Positions 1 to 9,939 of a stretch of 64,000 bases of DNA are shown here, in pieces; the first letter of the stretch is position 1; every line of letters starts with the position of its first letter. The stretch is taken from NCBI RefSeq assembly GCF_988243305.1, contig NZ_OZ547136.1; one strand, written 5' to 3'. The notes under the pieces were generated by a model. The model worked only from the letters and a program-made list of their open reading frames with translations. It was not told the DNA's origin and did not search any database. Position numbers and translations under genes: made by a program.

Positions 1-334
1 GACGCTCGGTGCTGCTTGGGTTGTACTCTGAGTGACGAATACCCGTACCCGCACTCATAATCTGGAACTCACCCGCCGGAACCTGCTCTTTATTGCCCAT
101 GCTGTCCTGGTGCTCAACAGTACCTTCCAGCACGTAGGTCAAAATTTCCATATCTTTATGTGGGTGAGTGCCGAAGCCCTGCCCTGCTTCAATCACGTCG
201 TCGTTAATCACGCGCAGCGCGGAGAAACCCATAAAGTTCGGGTCGTAATAGTTGGCAAAAGAGAAAGTATGCCAGGAGTCCAGCCAGCCATGATTTGCAT
301 GACCACGTTCATTTGCTTTGCGTAAGTAGATCAT
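1..334 (-). CDS. yhhW: Pirin-family quercetin 2,3-dioxygenase, N-terminal part; gene runs off the window start
   Basis: Minus-strand ATG at 332-334; translation begins MIYLRKAN, matching E. coli YhhW as recalled; frame stays open to position 1. Confidence 0.75.
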   Translation of the reverse strand, partial: MIYLRKANERGHANHGWLDSWHTFSFANYYDPNFMGFSALRVINDDVIEAGQGFGTHPHKDMEILTYVLEGTVEHQDSMGNKEQVPAGEFQIMSAGTGIRHSEYNPSSTER

Positions 335-456
335 TTGTATTCGCCCCCTGAATGTTTTCGATGGGCTTAGTGTGGACCCGATCTGCCTGGGATGATAGAG
401 GGTGAAAATTGACCCCTCTGTTCAAAAAAATTGAACTATTCGAGGGGCCATCAAAC

Positions 457-1494
457 TTACTTCGCGAGAGTCACTGTGGAGGGAGAGGCTTGCTCAAATC
501 CTCGTTCAAGGATTTCCAGATTGGTAAGAACTTCAGATTCCTTGACGTAATTTGGCGCACCGTTGGTGATGGTTTGATACAACGCATCATAAACGCGCCC
601 GTAATCGCCCATCTCCGGCTTCATCTCTTCTCTGACCGTCACACCCTCGTCATTGACATACTCCAGCACACCGACCGAATCATCCGCCGCGAATCCCGGT
701 TCGCCCGGCATAATATTAGCCTTGAGGCTGGTTTCCTGCTGGTCGATACCGTATTTAATAAACGAACCTTTCTTACCGTGAACGATAAATTTCGGATAAT
801 CGATTTTCACCAGATGGCTGGTTTTGACGATGGCTTTCAGGTCGCCATAAAACAGTTGCGCTTCAAAGGTGTCGTCAGGATTGGCTTTATTGCGCAGGCT
901 GCGGATGTCATAAGCGACGTGATCCGGGCGACCGAACAGAGAAATAATCTGGTCCATCGTATGCACACCAAGGCCATAGAACGCGCCATCCTGCGGCAAC
1001 CCAGGTTTGGTTTCTGCCACCGGGCGGTAATAGTCAAAATGGCTTTCCACTTCAACAATCTCTCCCAGCTTACCGCTTTCAATCGCTCTTTTCGCCGTCA
1101 GGAAGCAGGAATCAAAGCGACGATTCTGATACGGCGTGACGGTCAGCCCTTTGCTTTTCGCCAGCGCAAACAGCTCTTTCGCCTGCGCAATTGTCGGAGT
1201 AAACGGTTTTTCGACCAGCACATTTTTCCCGGCTTCCAGCGCGCGTTTCGCGTATTCGAAATGACTATCCGCGTGGGTGCAGACGACAACCAGCTTAACA
1301 TCGGGATCGTTTAGCACTTCGTCGAGATCGCTGGTGAAATGGATATGAGAGTAAATGGGAGCCTGTTCTTCCGGCTTCGCATGGCGGCGAAAAATATGCG
1401 CGACATGCCAGCTATCCTTGCGGTTAAGTACATACGGCAGATGGTAACGGGTGGTGCTTTTGCCGAAGCCAATAAAGGCGCAGTTGATGACCAT
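457..1494 (-). CDS. yhhX: Gfo/Idh/MocA-family NAD(P)-dependent oxidoreductase
   Basis: 345-aa ORF; translation recognisable as E. coli YhhX. Confidence 0.9.
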   Translation of the reverse strand: MVINCAFIGFGKSTTRYHLPYVLNRKDSWHVAHIFRRHAKPEEQAPIYSHIHFTSDLDEVLNDPDVKLVVVCTHADSHFEYAKRALEAGKNVLVEKPFTPTIAQAKELFALAKSKGLTVTPYQNRRFDSCFLTAKRAIESGKLGEIVEVESHFDYYRPVAETKPGLPQDGAFYGLGVHTMDQIISLFGRPDHVAYDIRSLRNKANPDDTFEAQLFYGDLKAIVKTSHLVKIDYPKFIVHGKKGSFIKYGIDQQETSLKANIMPGEPGFAADDSVGVLEYVNDEGVTVREEMKPEMGDYGRVYDALYQTITNGAPNYVKESEVLTNLEILERGFEQASPSTVTLAK

Positions 1495-1616
1495 GATTTC
1501 GTCCTTTTTAAGGTGGTTATTTACACCTTAGCGCAAAGCGGACGTGGTTCCTACTGGAGTGCGCATAACGAACACAAGCACTTCCCGTGGATAAATTGAA
1601 AACGAAAGATCAAAAA

Positions 1617-1706
1617 AAAAGCCAGCACCCGGCTGGCTAAGTAATACTGGAAGCAATGTGAGCAATGTCGTGCTTTCAGGTTCTCCGCGAGGGTCTTCCT
1701 GATCGC
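1617..1706 (-). ncRNA. ryhB: RyhB small RNA (Fur-repressed iron-sparing sRNA)
   Basis: Minus strand reads GCGATCAGGAAGACCCTCGCGGAGAACCTGAAAGCACGACATTGCTCACATTGCTTCCAGTATTACTTAGCCAGCCGGGTGCTGGCTTTT, matching the recalled RyhB sequence; ends in a GC hairpin plus T9 terminator; sits between yhhX and yhhY as in K-12. Confidence 0.9.
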
Positions 1707-1709
1707 AAG

Positions 1710-1730
1710 ACAATAATAATCATTCTCATT
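1710..1730 (-). promoter_or_regulatory. Fur box overlapping the ryhB promoter
   Basis: AATGAGAATGATTATTATT on the minus strand, immediately upstream of the RyhB 5' end; resembles the GATAATGATAATCATTATC consensus. Confidence 0.6.
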
Positions 1731-1828
1731 CGCACTTGTCCAACACTTTTTGCAAAAAAAATGCATTTGACTCGCATTTGAAAGTCAATGATGTTGAAAG
1801 GGACATTTACCCCAAAGAGGACAAAGGA

Positions 1829-2317
1829 ATGAGTGAGATAGTGATACGCCATGCTGAAACGCGCGATTACGAGGCCATCAGGCAGATTCACGCCCAGCCG
1901 GAGGTGTATTGCAACACGCTACAGGTGCCTCATCCTTCCGATCATATGTGGCAGGAGCGACTCGCCGATCGTCCCGGCATCAAGCAACTCGTCGCCTGTA
2001 TTGATGGAGACGTCGTGGGCCATCTCACCATTGACGTGCAACAGCGCCCACGCCGCAGTCATGTTGCAGATTTTGGTATTTGTGTCGACTCCCGTTGGAA
2101 GAATCGCGGCGTCGCCAGCGCCCTGATGCGAGAGATGATTGAAATGTGCGACAACTGGTTGCGGGTAGATCGTATTGAGCTAACGGTGTTCATCGATAAC
2201 GCGCCAGCAATTAAGGTCTATAAAAAATTTGGATTTGAGATTGAAGGGACTGGCAAGAAGTACGCATTACGTAATGGTGAATATGTCGATGCGTATTATA
2301 TGGCGCGGGTGAAGTAA
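1829..2317 (+). CDS. yhhY: GNAT-family N-acetyltransferase
   Basis: ATG at 1829 preceded by AAAGGA; 162 aa starting MSEIVIRHAETRDYEAIRQIH; the ORF-track start at 1736 is probably an upstream extension. Confidence 0.85.
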   Translation: MSEIVIRHAETRDYEAIRQIHAQPEVYCNTLQVPHPSDHMWQERLADRPGIKQLVACIDGDVVGHLTIDVQQRPRRSHVADFGICVDSRWKNRGVASALMREMIEMCDNWLRVDRIELTVFIDNAPAIKVYKKFGFEIEGTGKKYALRNGEYVDAYYMARVK

Positions 2318-2324
2318 GATAGTG

Positions 2325-2349
2325 CCCTTTTTCTGAGATGGAAAAAGGG
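2325..2349 (+). terminator. Putative hairpin after yhhY
   Basis: CCCTTTTTC-tgagatg-GAAAAAGGG inverted repeat directly after the yhhY stop; no clear U-tract. Confidence 0.3.
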
Positions 2350-2551
2350 TGTCATTCAAAATCGGCATACCTTCCTTTAATGTATTTATTTTCCCAATAA
2401 ATATATAAGATTTACCTCATAATTACGTCCTAAAGTGTAATATTTTATTATTAATATATACGCCTACAATTTCCTGGAGTAAATAAATAACAATTAACAA
2501 GCATAATAGTGCCATTAATAAAATAGCATGCCATAAAAGGACTTTTCAGGG

Positions 2552-3730
2552 ATGAGTAATATTGTTTACCTGACAGTAACGGGAGAACAACAAGGAAACA
2601 TCTCCGCAGGTTGTGGGACTACTGAATCTATAGGTAATCGCTGGCAGAGTGGGCATGAGGATGAAATATTTACATTCTCACTCGCAAATAGAATTACTAA
2701 TACGGGACTTGGTTCACAGTTACAGGGTATGACATTTTGTAAATTAATTGATAAAAGCACTCCATTACTTATTAATTCCATTAACAATAATGAGCAATTA
2801 TTTATGGAATTTGACTTTTATAGAATCAATAGATTTGGTAGATGGGAAAAGTATTATTATATACAACTAAGAGGCGCTTTTTTATCGGCTATTCATCATC
2901 AGATCATTCAAAATCAACTGGATACAGAAACAATAACTGTTAGTTATGAATTTATCCTCTGTCAACATCTTATCGCAAATACCGAGTTCAGCTATTTGGC
3001 ACTCCCTGAAAATTATAACCGTTTGTTTTTACCAAATTCAAAAAACCAAACAAATAATCGTTTCAAAACTTTAAACAGCAAAGCTATTGGCAGGCTACTT
3101 GCTGCTGGTGGCGTATACAATGGGAACATTGAAGGATTCAGAGATACTGCGGAAAAACTGGGTGGAGATGCAATAAAAGGCTATGATCAAATACTAAATG
3201 AAAAAACAGCGGGCATAGCGATAGCAACAGCATCTATTCTTTTAACAAAGCGTTCTAATGTTGATACATATACAGAAATAAATAGTTACTTAGGCAAACT
3301 TAGAGGTCAACAAAAACTTCTTGATGGTATAGACATAATAGAAATAATATACATTAAGAGACCTTCAAAAGACTTAGCTAACTTACGAAAGGAGTTTAAT
3401 AAAACTGTAAGAAAAAATTTTCTTATCAAACTTGCAAAAACCTCCGAAGCATCTGGAAGATTCAACGCCGAAGACCTTTTAAGAATGAGAAAGGGCAATG
3501 TTCCTCTAAATTATAATGTTCACCATAAACTATCTCTAGATGATGGTGGTACTAATGATTTCGAAAATTTAGTATTAATCGAAAACGAACCATATCATAA
3601 AGTTTTTACTAACATGCAATCACGAATAGCTAAGGGAGTATTAGTAGGTGAAAGCAAAATCACTCCCTGGGCCATTCCATCTGGCTCAATTTATCCTCCC
3701 ATGAAAAATATTATGGAACCCACAAAATGA
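2552..3730 (+). CDS. yhhZ: Hcp-domain protein with a C-terminal HNH-like nuclease motif (T6SS-type polymorphic toxin)
   Basis: 392 aa; N-terminus IVYLTVTGEQQGN...EDEIFTFSL...KLIDKSTPLL fits the Hcp pattern; C-terminus has NVHHKLSLDDGGTNDFENLVLIENEPYH; AT-rich coding sequence. Confidence 0.85.
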   Translation: MSNIVYLTVTGEQQGNISAGCGTTESIGNRWQSGHEDEIFTFSLANRITNTGLGSQLQGMTFCKLIDKSTPLLINSINNNEQLFMEFDFYRINRFGRWEKYYYIQLRGAFLSAIHHQIIQNQLDTETITVSYEFILCQHLIANTEFSYLALPENYNRLFLPNSKNQTNNRFKTLNSKAIGRLLAAGGVYNGNIEGFRDTAEKLGGDAIKGYDQILNEKTAGIAIATASILLTKRSNVDTYTEINSYLGKLRGQQKLLDGIDIIEIIYIKRPSKDLANLRKEFNKTVRKNFLIKLAKTSEASGRFNAEDLLRMRKGNVPLNYNVHHKLSLDDGGTNDFENLVLIENEPYHKVFTNMQSRIAKGVLVGESKITPWAIPSGSIYPPMKNIMEPTK

Positions 3731-4221
3731 TGACTAAGACCCAAATAAATAAATTAAAAAAAATGATGAATGATTTAGACTATCCATTTGAAGCACCGCT
3801 TAAGGAATCATTTATTGAAAGTATAATCCAAATAGAATTTAATTCTAATTCAACTAATTGCCTGGAGAAGTTATGTAATGAAGTTAGTATTCTTTTTAAG
3901 AATCAACCTGATTATCTTACTTTTTTAAGAGCAATGGATGGATTCGAAGCTAATGGATTACGATTATTTAGCCTCTCGATTCCAGAACCTTCAGTTAAAA
4001 ACCTTTTTGCCGTAAATGAATTTTATAGAAATAATGATGATTTCATAAACCCTGATCTACAAGAACGGTTAGTGATCGGTGATGATAGCATTTCAATATT
4101 TACTTATGACATTAAAAATAACTTTTTTGAAATTAGAGATAATATTGGCACCGAAAATATATTCAGTTCGTTTAGTGATTTCTCTTCATTCTTAAACGAA
4201 ATCATGGACAGTTGTTCATAA
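3727..4221 (+). CDS. yrhA: Putative cognate immunity protein, translationally coupled to yhhZ
   Basis: 164-aa ORF overlapping the yhhZ stop (ATGA); AT-rich; intact here, whereas the K-12 locus is recalled to be interrupted by IS1. Confidence 0.6.
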   Translation: MMTKTQINKLKKMMNDLDYPFEAPLKESFIESIIQIEFNSNSTNCLEKLCNEVSILFKNQPDYLTFLRAMDGFEANGLRLFSLSIPEPSVKNLFAVNEFYRNNDDFINPDLQERLVIGDDSISIFTYDIKNNFFEIRDNIGTENIFSSFSDFSSFLNEIMDSCS

Positions 4222-4670
4222 TAATCAAAAGATAACAAAAATCATTGTAAACCATGCCATCTTTTTAGAGATTACCAGCAGAAAATTCCTTGTTCGAAAC
4301 TTAGCAATGCAAGCTATGGAAAAACTTACAACGGAACTACACTCCTTAAGTGAGATGGACCGAAGACATGTAATCTCTATTTTAGCCGAAATAGCTAATG
4401 GCTATGATGATTTTAGTGACATGTTGATTTAGTTAGAATTTCACCCGAATCATAAGATTCTGATATCTTAAATAAGAAAATCCCGTTCGACGTTCTGAAA
4501 AAGAAATCACAAAATATTAGCAGATACTTATTTCGTGACTGTATATTATCCGATGAACTTTTTTCAAAACTAGCATTTAATAATATCTTTGACGAAGATG
4601 AACGCGTCTTTGCTCAAAGTATAACGCAGGAATAATAATATAACGTTCAACAATAATATTTATTATAATT

Positions 4671-4955
4671 ATGATTACTTATCACGACGCATTCGCGAAA
4701 GCGAACCATTACCTTGATGATGCAGATCTCGCCGTCGTCATTACTCTACATGGACGCTTTAGCCAGGGCTGGTATTTCTGTTTCGAAGCACGAGAATTTC
4801 TCGAAACTGGTGATGAGGCCGCGCGTTTATCCGGTAACGCACCTTTTATTATTGATAAAGACAGTGGTGAAATTCATTCCCTTGGAACGGCAAAGCCGCT
4901 GGAAGAATATCTACAGGATTATGAAATAAAAAAGGCTACCTTCGGCTTGCCCTGA
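4671..4955 (+). CDS. yrhB: Small protein YrhB
   Basis: 94-aa ORF MITYHDAFAKANHYLDD... matching E. coli YrhB as recalled. Confidence 0.8.
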   Translation: MITYHDAFAKANHYLDDADLAVVITLHGRFSQGWYFCFEAREFLETGDEAARLSGNAPFIIDKDSGEIHSLGTAKPLEEYLQDYEIKKATFGLP

Positions 4956-4961
4956 CAATAC

Positions 4962-4985
4962 GGCCCTCTTCCCACGAAGAGGGCC
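4962..4985. terminator. GC-rich hairpin between convergent yrhB and ggt
   Basis: GCCCTCTT-cccacg-AAGAGGGC inverted repeat; no clear U-tract on either strand. Confidence 0.3.
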
Positions 4986-4992
4986 GCTAACC

Positions 4993-6735
4993 TTAATACC
5001 CCGCCGTTAAATCATCCACCGAGCGCGGATCGGATGCACCGTACAGCTCACCGTCCGGCCCAACCATAATGCTTTGTGTACTGCCCATCGCCTCTTTCAG
5101 CGCCACTTTCTGACCTTTTGCTTCCAGCAGCTTGAGCGTATCCGGGCTAAACCCTTTTTCGACACGCAGCTCGTCCGGCAACCACTGATGGTGGAAACGC
5201 GGTGCATTGGTCGCTTCGGCGACATTCATACCATAATCGATGCTGTTCACCACCATTTGCAGCACGGTAGTGATAATCCGGCTCCCGCCAGGGCTACCGG
5301 TAACCAGCCAGGTTTTACCGTCTTTCACCACAATGGTTGGGGACATCGACGACAGCGGGCGTTTATTCGGCCCGACCGCGTTGGCGTCACCACCCACCAG
5401 CCCGTAAACGTTCGGTACGCCAGGTTTGGCGGAGAAATCATCCATTTGGTTATTAAGCAGAATACCGCTCTCGCCCGCGACAATGCCCGTCCCGAAGGTG
5501 GTGTTCAGCGTATAGGTCACCGCTACCGCGTTGCCGTCTTTATCCACCACTGAGTAATGGGTAGTTTGATTACTCTCATAAGGCGCAAGCTTGCCGGGGC
5601 GAATTTCGCTGGATGGCTTCGCTTTATTGATATCGATTTGATCGGCAATAGATTTGGCATAGGCTTTATTGGTCAGCGCCTGCCACGGAACTTTGACAAA
5701 ATCCGGGTCGCCAAGATATTCCGAGCGGTCGGCGTAGGCATATTTCTCAGCTTCTGCCATGATTTGCATCGCGTCGGCGCTGCCAAAGCCGTATTTCTTC
5801 ATATCGAAGTTTTCCAGAATATTGAGGATTTGTACGATATGGATCCCGCCGGAAGATGGCGGTGGCATGGAGTAAACCTGATACCCGCGATAATCGCCGC
5901 TTATTGGTGTGCGCTCGACCGCTTTATACGCCGCTAAATCTTCTTTCGTGATCAGGCCGCCGTTTTTCTGCATCTCCTGAGCGATCTGCTCCGCTATTGT
6001 GCCTTTATAGAATTCGTCCGGGCCATTTTCGGCAATCATCTCCAGGCTCTTTGCCAGGTTCGCCTGCACCAGTTTGTCGCCCTTTTTCAGCGGCTCGCCC
6101 TCTTTCCAGAAGATAGCCTTGCTGTTTTCGTGATTCGGCAACACTTCGCTACCGTAGGTTTTGAGATCGTCAGCCAACGCGTCGTTAACGATAAAACCAT
6201 CGCGTGCCAGTTTAAACGCTGGCTGCACCACTTTGTTTAACGGCATGGTGCCGTATTTATCCAACGCCAGCGAGAAACCTGCTACCGTACCGGGCGTACC
6301 AGAAGCCAGATGCGAAGTGAGTGATTTTTTGCTGTCCGGGTTACCCTGATCATCAAGGAACATATCGCGGGTCGCTTTGGCGGGTGCCATTTCGCGGAAA
6401 TCGATAGCGGTGGTATTGCCATTTTTCGAGCGGATTAACATAAAACCACCACCGCCCAGATTCCCTGCCTGCGGATGCGTTACCGCCAGCGCGTAGCCCA
6501 CCGCCACGGCGGCATCAACGGCATTCCCACCCTCCTTGAGGATATCCACGCCCACCTGAGTGGCAGTAGCATCTACAGACGCCACCATCCCCTGTTTCGC
6601 GCGTACCGGATGGAAGACATCTTCCTCCACGCCATAAGAAACAGGTGGCGGAGGAGGCGCGGCGGCGGCGCTAAAACAACTTCCTGAGAGCAGAGCAGCA
6701 ATGGCCACCCGGCGTAAAAACGTCGGTTTTATCAT
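4993..6735 (-). CDS. ggt: Gamma-glutamyltranspeptidase
   Basis: ORF 4993..6762; start placed at MIKPTFLRR (580 aa) as in E. coli Ggt; signal peptide present. Confidence 0.95.
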   Translation of the reverse strand: MIKPTFLRRVAIAALLSGSCFSAAAAPPPPPVSYGVEEDVFHPVRAKQGMVASVDATATQVGVDILKEGGNAVDAAVAVGYALAVTHPQAGNLGGGGFMLIRSKNGNTTAIDFREMAPAKATRDMFLDDQGNPDSKKSLTSHLASGTPGTVAGFSLALDKYGTMPLNKVVQPAFKLARDGFIVNDALADDLKTYGSEVLPNHENSKAIFWKEGEPLKKGDKLVQANLAKSLEMIAENGPDEFYKGTIAEQIAQEMQKNGGLITKEDLAAYKAVERTPISGDYRGYQVYSMPPPSSGGIHIVQILNILENFDMKKYGFGSADAMQIMAEAEKYAYADRSEYLGDPDFVKVPWQALTNKAYAKSIADQIDINKAKPSSEIRPGKLAPYESNQTTHYSVVDKDGNAVAVTYTLNTTFGTGIVAGESGILLNNQMDDFSAKPGVPNVYGLVGGDANAVGPNKRPLSSMSPTIVVKDGKTWLVTGSPGGSRIITTVLQMVVNSIDYGMNVAEATNAPRFHHQWLPDELRVEKGFSPDTLKLLEAKGQKVALKEAMGSTQSIMVGPDGELYGASDPRSVDDLTAGY

Positions 6736-6854
6736 CGTTATTCTCCAGAGATTAAGGGGCAACCCCAGCTAAGCCTGGTATATAACTCTGAATTAATCCT
6801 GATGATTGCAGGAAAGGAGTAAACTTAAAGAATATCTTCAGAGGAGGATACGCG

Positions 6855-7295
6855 ATGAAACGACTTCTGATTCTTACGGCACTCCTGCCGTTTGTCGGCT
6901 TTGCACAGCCCATTAATACTCTGAACAACCCTAACCAGCCGGGGTATCAGATCCCCAGTCAGCAGCGGATGCAAACCCAGATGCAAACGCAGCAAATCCA
7001 GCAAAAAGGGATGCTGAATCAGCAACTGAAAACGCAAACTCAGTTGCAACAACAGCATTTAGAAAACCAGATAAACAATAATTCACAGCGGGTGTTGCAG
7101 TCACAGCCGGGGGAGCGAAATCCCGCCCGGCAGCAAATGCTGCCCAACACCAACGGCGGGATGTTAAACAGCAACCGTAATCCGGATAGTTCGTTGAATC
7201 AGCAGCATATGCTGCCGGAGAGGAGAAACGGCGACATGCTGAATCAGCCCGGCACGCCGCAGCCTGATATACCGTTGAAAACTATTGGGCCGTAA
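6855..7295 (+). CDS. yhhA: Secreted Gln/Asn-rich protein YhhA (DUF2756)
   Basis: 146 aa with an N-terminal signal peptide and a low-complexity Q/N-rich body; 14-bp overlap with the convergent ugpQ. Confidence 0.85.
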   Translation: MKRLLILTALLPFVGFAQPINTLNNPNQPGYQIPSQQRMQTQMQTQQIQQKGMLNQQLKTQTQLQQQHLENQINNNSQRVLQSQPGERNPARQQMLPNTNGGMLNSNRNPDSSLNQQHMLPERRNGDMLNQPGTPQPDIPLKTIGP

Positions 7296-8025
7296 AGTTC
7301 GGACCAATCACGTCAATCGCATCGGTGCAGATGCAATCCACGCCCCAGCGCAGCAACTCTGCCGCGCGCTGGGGTTTATTGACGGTATAAACCAGAATCC
7401 GTAATCCGGCGTCTTTCAACTGCATCACTCGCGCTTTATCGAGCAACTTATGATTGAGATGAATAGAGACGCAGCCCAGCCGCGCGGTCAGTTCTCGCCA
7501 GTCGTCGCGCCACTCATCAAGCAATAAACCGCGCGGCAGTTCTGGTACTGCTTGTTGCGCGGCTTCTAAAGCATCAATCTCAAACGATGACAGCAGCGGC
7601 GGCGTCATATCGGCCCACAGTTCGCGTGCCGCCAGCGCCACCATTTTGCCCGTTAATGGCCCGGTGCCAGTGGTAGGTTTGATTTCGATATTCGCCATCA
7701 TCCCGTGTTCGCGACAGCGTTCCGCCACCTGCGAAAGCAACGGCAGCGGCTCACCTTTAAACGCTTTGCTGTACCAACTGCCCGCATCCACGCGCAGTAA
7801 ATCCTGCCAGTTCAGTTCACCCGCGACGCCCCAGCCGTTGCTGGTACGTTCAAGATTGTCGTCATGGAGCAGGAAGATCTCGCCATCTTTCGATAACTTC
7901 GCGTCAAATTCGATCATCTTATGACCGTATTTTGCCCCAACGTCGATTGCCGCCAGGGTGTTTTCCGGGGCCAGCTTACCGCCACCACGATGAGCGACGA
8001 TGCGGGGATAAGGCCAGTTACTCAT
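7282..8025 (-). CDS. ugpQ: Glycerophosphodiester phosphodiesterase
   Basis: 247-aa ORF matching UgpQ; last gene of the ugp operon. Confidence 0.95.
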   Translation of the reverse strand: MSNWPYPRIVAHRGGGKLAPENTLAAIDVGAKYGHKMIEFDAKLSKDGEIFLLHDDNLERTSNGWGVAGELNWQDLLRVDAGSWYSKAFKGEPLPLLSQVAERCREHGMMANIEIKPTTGTGPLTGKMVALAARELWADMTPPLLSSFEIDALEAAQQAVPELPRGLLLDEWRDDWRELTARLGCVSIHLNHKLLDKARVMQLKDAGLRILVYTVNKPQRAAELLRWGVDCICTDAIDVIGPNFTAQ

Positions 8026-9092
8026 ACTCGTTGTCCTGTTTCACCATCAAAAAGATGCAGCTGATTTTCTGGCAGATGCAGCCACAGCGTGCTGCCTGCT
8101 GTCGGGCGCTCCTGATGCGCCAGCCGAACCACCAGCTTCTGTTCGCCCCAGCGTCCGTGCGCCAGATTATCAGCGCCGAGGATCTCCAGCGTGTCCATCA
8201 CCAGCGGTACGCCGCCTTCTGCCTGCGAGCTTAGCGCTATATGTTCCGGGCGAATGCCGAGAGTCATTTTACGCCCGGCATACTGACGGTAGCCACCGTT
8301 TAGCGGCAGCGCGATACCGCCGTCCAGTTCGAAATGCGTGCCTTCGTTATTCACACGCCCTGCCAGCAGATTCATCGCCGGACTGCCGATAAAACTCGCC
8401 ACAAACAGGCTGGCGGGCTTTTCGTACACTTCAACTGGCGTGCCAATCTGTTCGGCAACGCCGCCGTTCATCACCATTACTCGCTGGGCGAGCGTCATCG
8501 CTTCAACCTGATCGTGAGTAACGTAGAGTGAAGTCGTTTTCAGGCGACGGTGCAGCTGTTGCAGTTCAAGACGCATCTGCACACGCAACTTGGCATCGAG
8601 GTTAGAGAGCGGCTCATCAAACAGGAACACTGCCGGCTCACGCACAATCGCACGCCCCATCGCCACGCGCTGACGCTGACCGCCAGATAGCTCACGCGGG
8701 CGGCGCTTAAGCAGGCCGTCCAGCTCCAGAATGCGCGCCGCTTCTTTAACACGTTCGGCAATTTGTTGCTTGCCCATGCCGCGAATTTTCAGCCCCCACG
8801 CCATGTTCTCCTCTACGCTCATATGCGGATAGAGCGCGTAGTTCTGGAACACCATCGCAATCCCGCGATCTTTCGGCTCCATTTCGGTGACACGCTTGCG
8901 GTCGATCCAGATATCGCCCGTCGTTACCCGCTCCAGTCCGGCCACCATTCGCAATAACGTCGATTTCCCGCAGCCAGACGGCCCGACCATCACGATAAAT
9001 TCGCCATCCGCCACATCAAGGGTCAGCGGTTTAATGACCTGGGTTTTGCCATCCCAGCTTTTGGTTACTGCCTGTAATTTCAGTCCTGCCAT
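8022..9092 (-). CDS. ugpC: sn-glycerol-3-phosphate ABC transporter ATPase
   Basis: Walker [10 protein letters not shown] and ABC signature LSGGQRQR; start placed at MAGLKLQAV (356 aa), not at the ORF-track start. Confidence 0.95.
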   Translation of the reverse strand: MAGLKLQAVTKSWDGKTQVIKPLTLDVADGEFIVMVGPSGCGKSTLLRMVAGLERVTTGDIWIDRKRVTEMEPKDRGIAMVFQNYALYPHMSVEENMAWGLKIRGMGKQQIAERVKEAARILELDGLLKRRPRELSGGQRQRVAMGRAIVREPAVFLFDEPLSNLDAKLRVQMRLELQQLHRRLKTTSLYVTHDQVEAMTLAQRVMVMNGGVAEQIGTPVEVYEKPASLFVASFIGSPAMNLLAGRVNNEGTHFELDGGIALPLNGGYRQYAGRKMTLGIRPEHIALSSQAEGGVPLVMDTLEILGADNLAHGRWGEQKLVVRLAHQERPTAGSTLWLHLPENQLHLFDGETGQRV

Positions 9093-9093
9093 C

Positions 9094-9939
9094 TTATTTC
9101 TCACTATCGACCAGGCCGCGCACGAAGGCACGCTGCATCACTAAAACAATCACTACTGGTGGGATCAGGGTTAACAACATCGCCGCCATCACCGAGTTCC
9201 ATTCCGTTGTGCCTTCGCCTGTGGCGATCATCCCTTTAATCCCTGCCACGGTGGTGCCGAGATCCACGTCGGTAATAATCAACAACGGCCACAAATACTG
9301 GTTCCAGCCGTAAATAAAGGTGATCACAAACAGCGCCGCCAGATTAGTTTTGGAGAGCGGAAAAACGATGTCGCAAAAGAAGCGCATTGGTGACGCACCG
9401 TCGATCCGCGCCGCTTCCACCAGCTCATCCGGCAGCGTCATAAAGAACTGGCGGAAAAGAAACGTGGCGGTCGCCGAGGCCATCAGCGGCAGCGTTAAAC
9501 CGGCGTAGCTGTCGAGCATCTTCAGGTTGGCGATGACTTCCACCGTCGGGAAGATACGCACTTCAACCGGCAACATCAGAGTAATAAAAATCATCCAGAA
9601 GAAGAGGTTACGCAGCGGAAAACGAAACCAGACAATGGCAAATGCCGAGAGCATCGAGACGGTAATTTTGCCGAGCGTAATGCTGAACGCCATCACAAAG
9701 CTGTTAAGCAACATCCGCCAGAAAGGCGCACTATTCGTGCCTACCCCGTTCACCCAGATGTTGTGGATGTTTTCCAGCAGATGTGGGCCGGGGATGAGCG
9801 TCATCGGCGCGGCGTAGACGGCCTGTTTATCCAGCGTCGCCGCGACAAACGCCACGTACAGCGGGAAGAGGATCACCGCGATCCCGAGGATCAGCATGGT
9901 ATGGCTGAATATCGTCAGCCACGGACGGTTCTCAATCAT
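9094..9939 (-). CDS. ugpE: sn-glycerol-3-phosphate ABC transporter permease
   Basis: 281-aa polytopic membrane protein matching UgpE. Confidence 0.95.

Noticed and set aside
409-1314. 301-aa plus-strand ORF
   Set aside because: Lies entirely antisense within yhhX, whose translation is a recognisable oxidoreductase; the antisense product has no recognisable domain.
1736-1828. Upstream extension of the yhhY ORF (MSNTFCKK...)
   Set aside because: No RBS at 1736 and it overlaps the ryhB promoter/Fur box; the ATG at 1829 has an AAAGGA RBS and matches the known YhhY N-terminus.
4222-4670. Expected IS1 copy between yrhA and yrhB as in K-12
   Set aside because: No insAB-like ORFs or IS1 terminal inverted repeats were seen; the interval is about 450 bp, too short for IS1 (about 768 bp), and contains only decayed ORF fragments.
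5074-5553. 159-aa plus-strand ORF
   Set aside because: Antisense inside ggt; typical spurious ORF in GC-balanced coding sequence.
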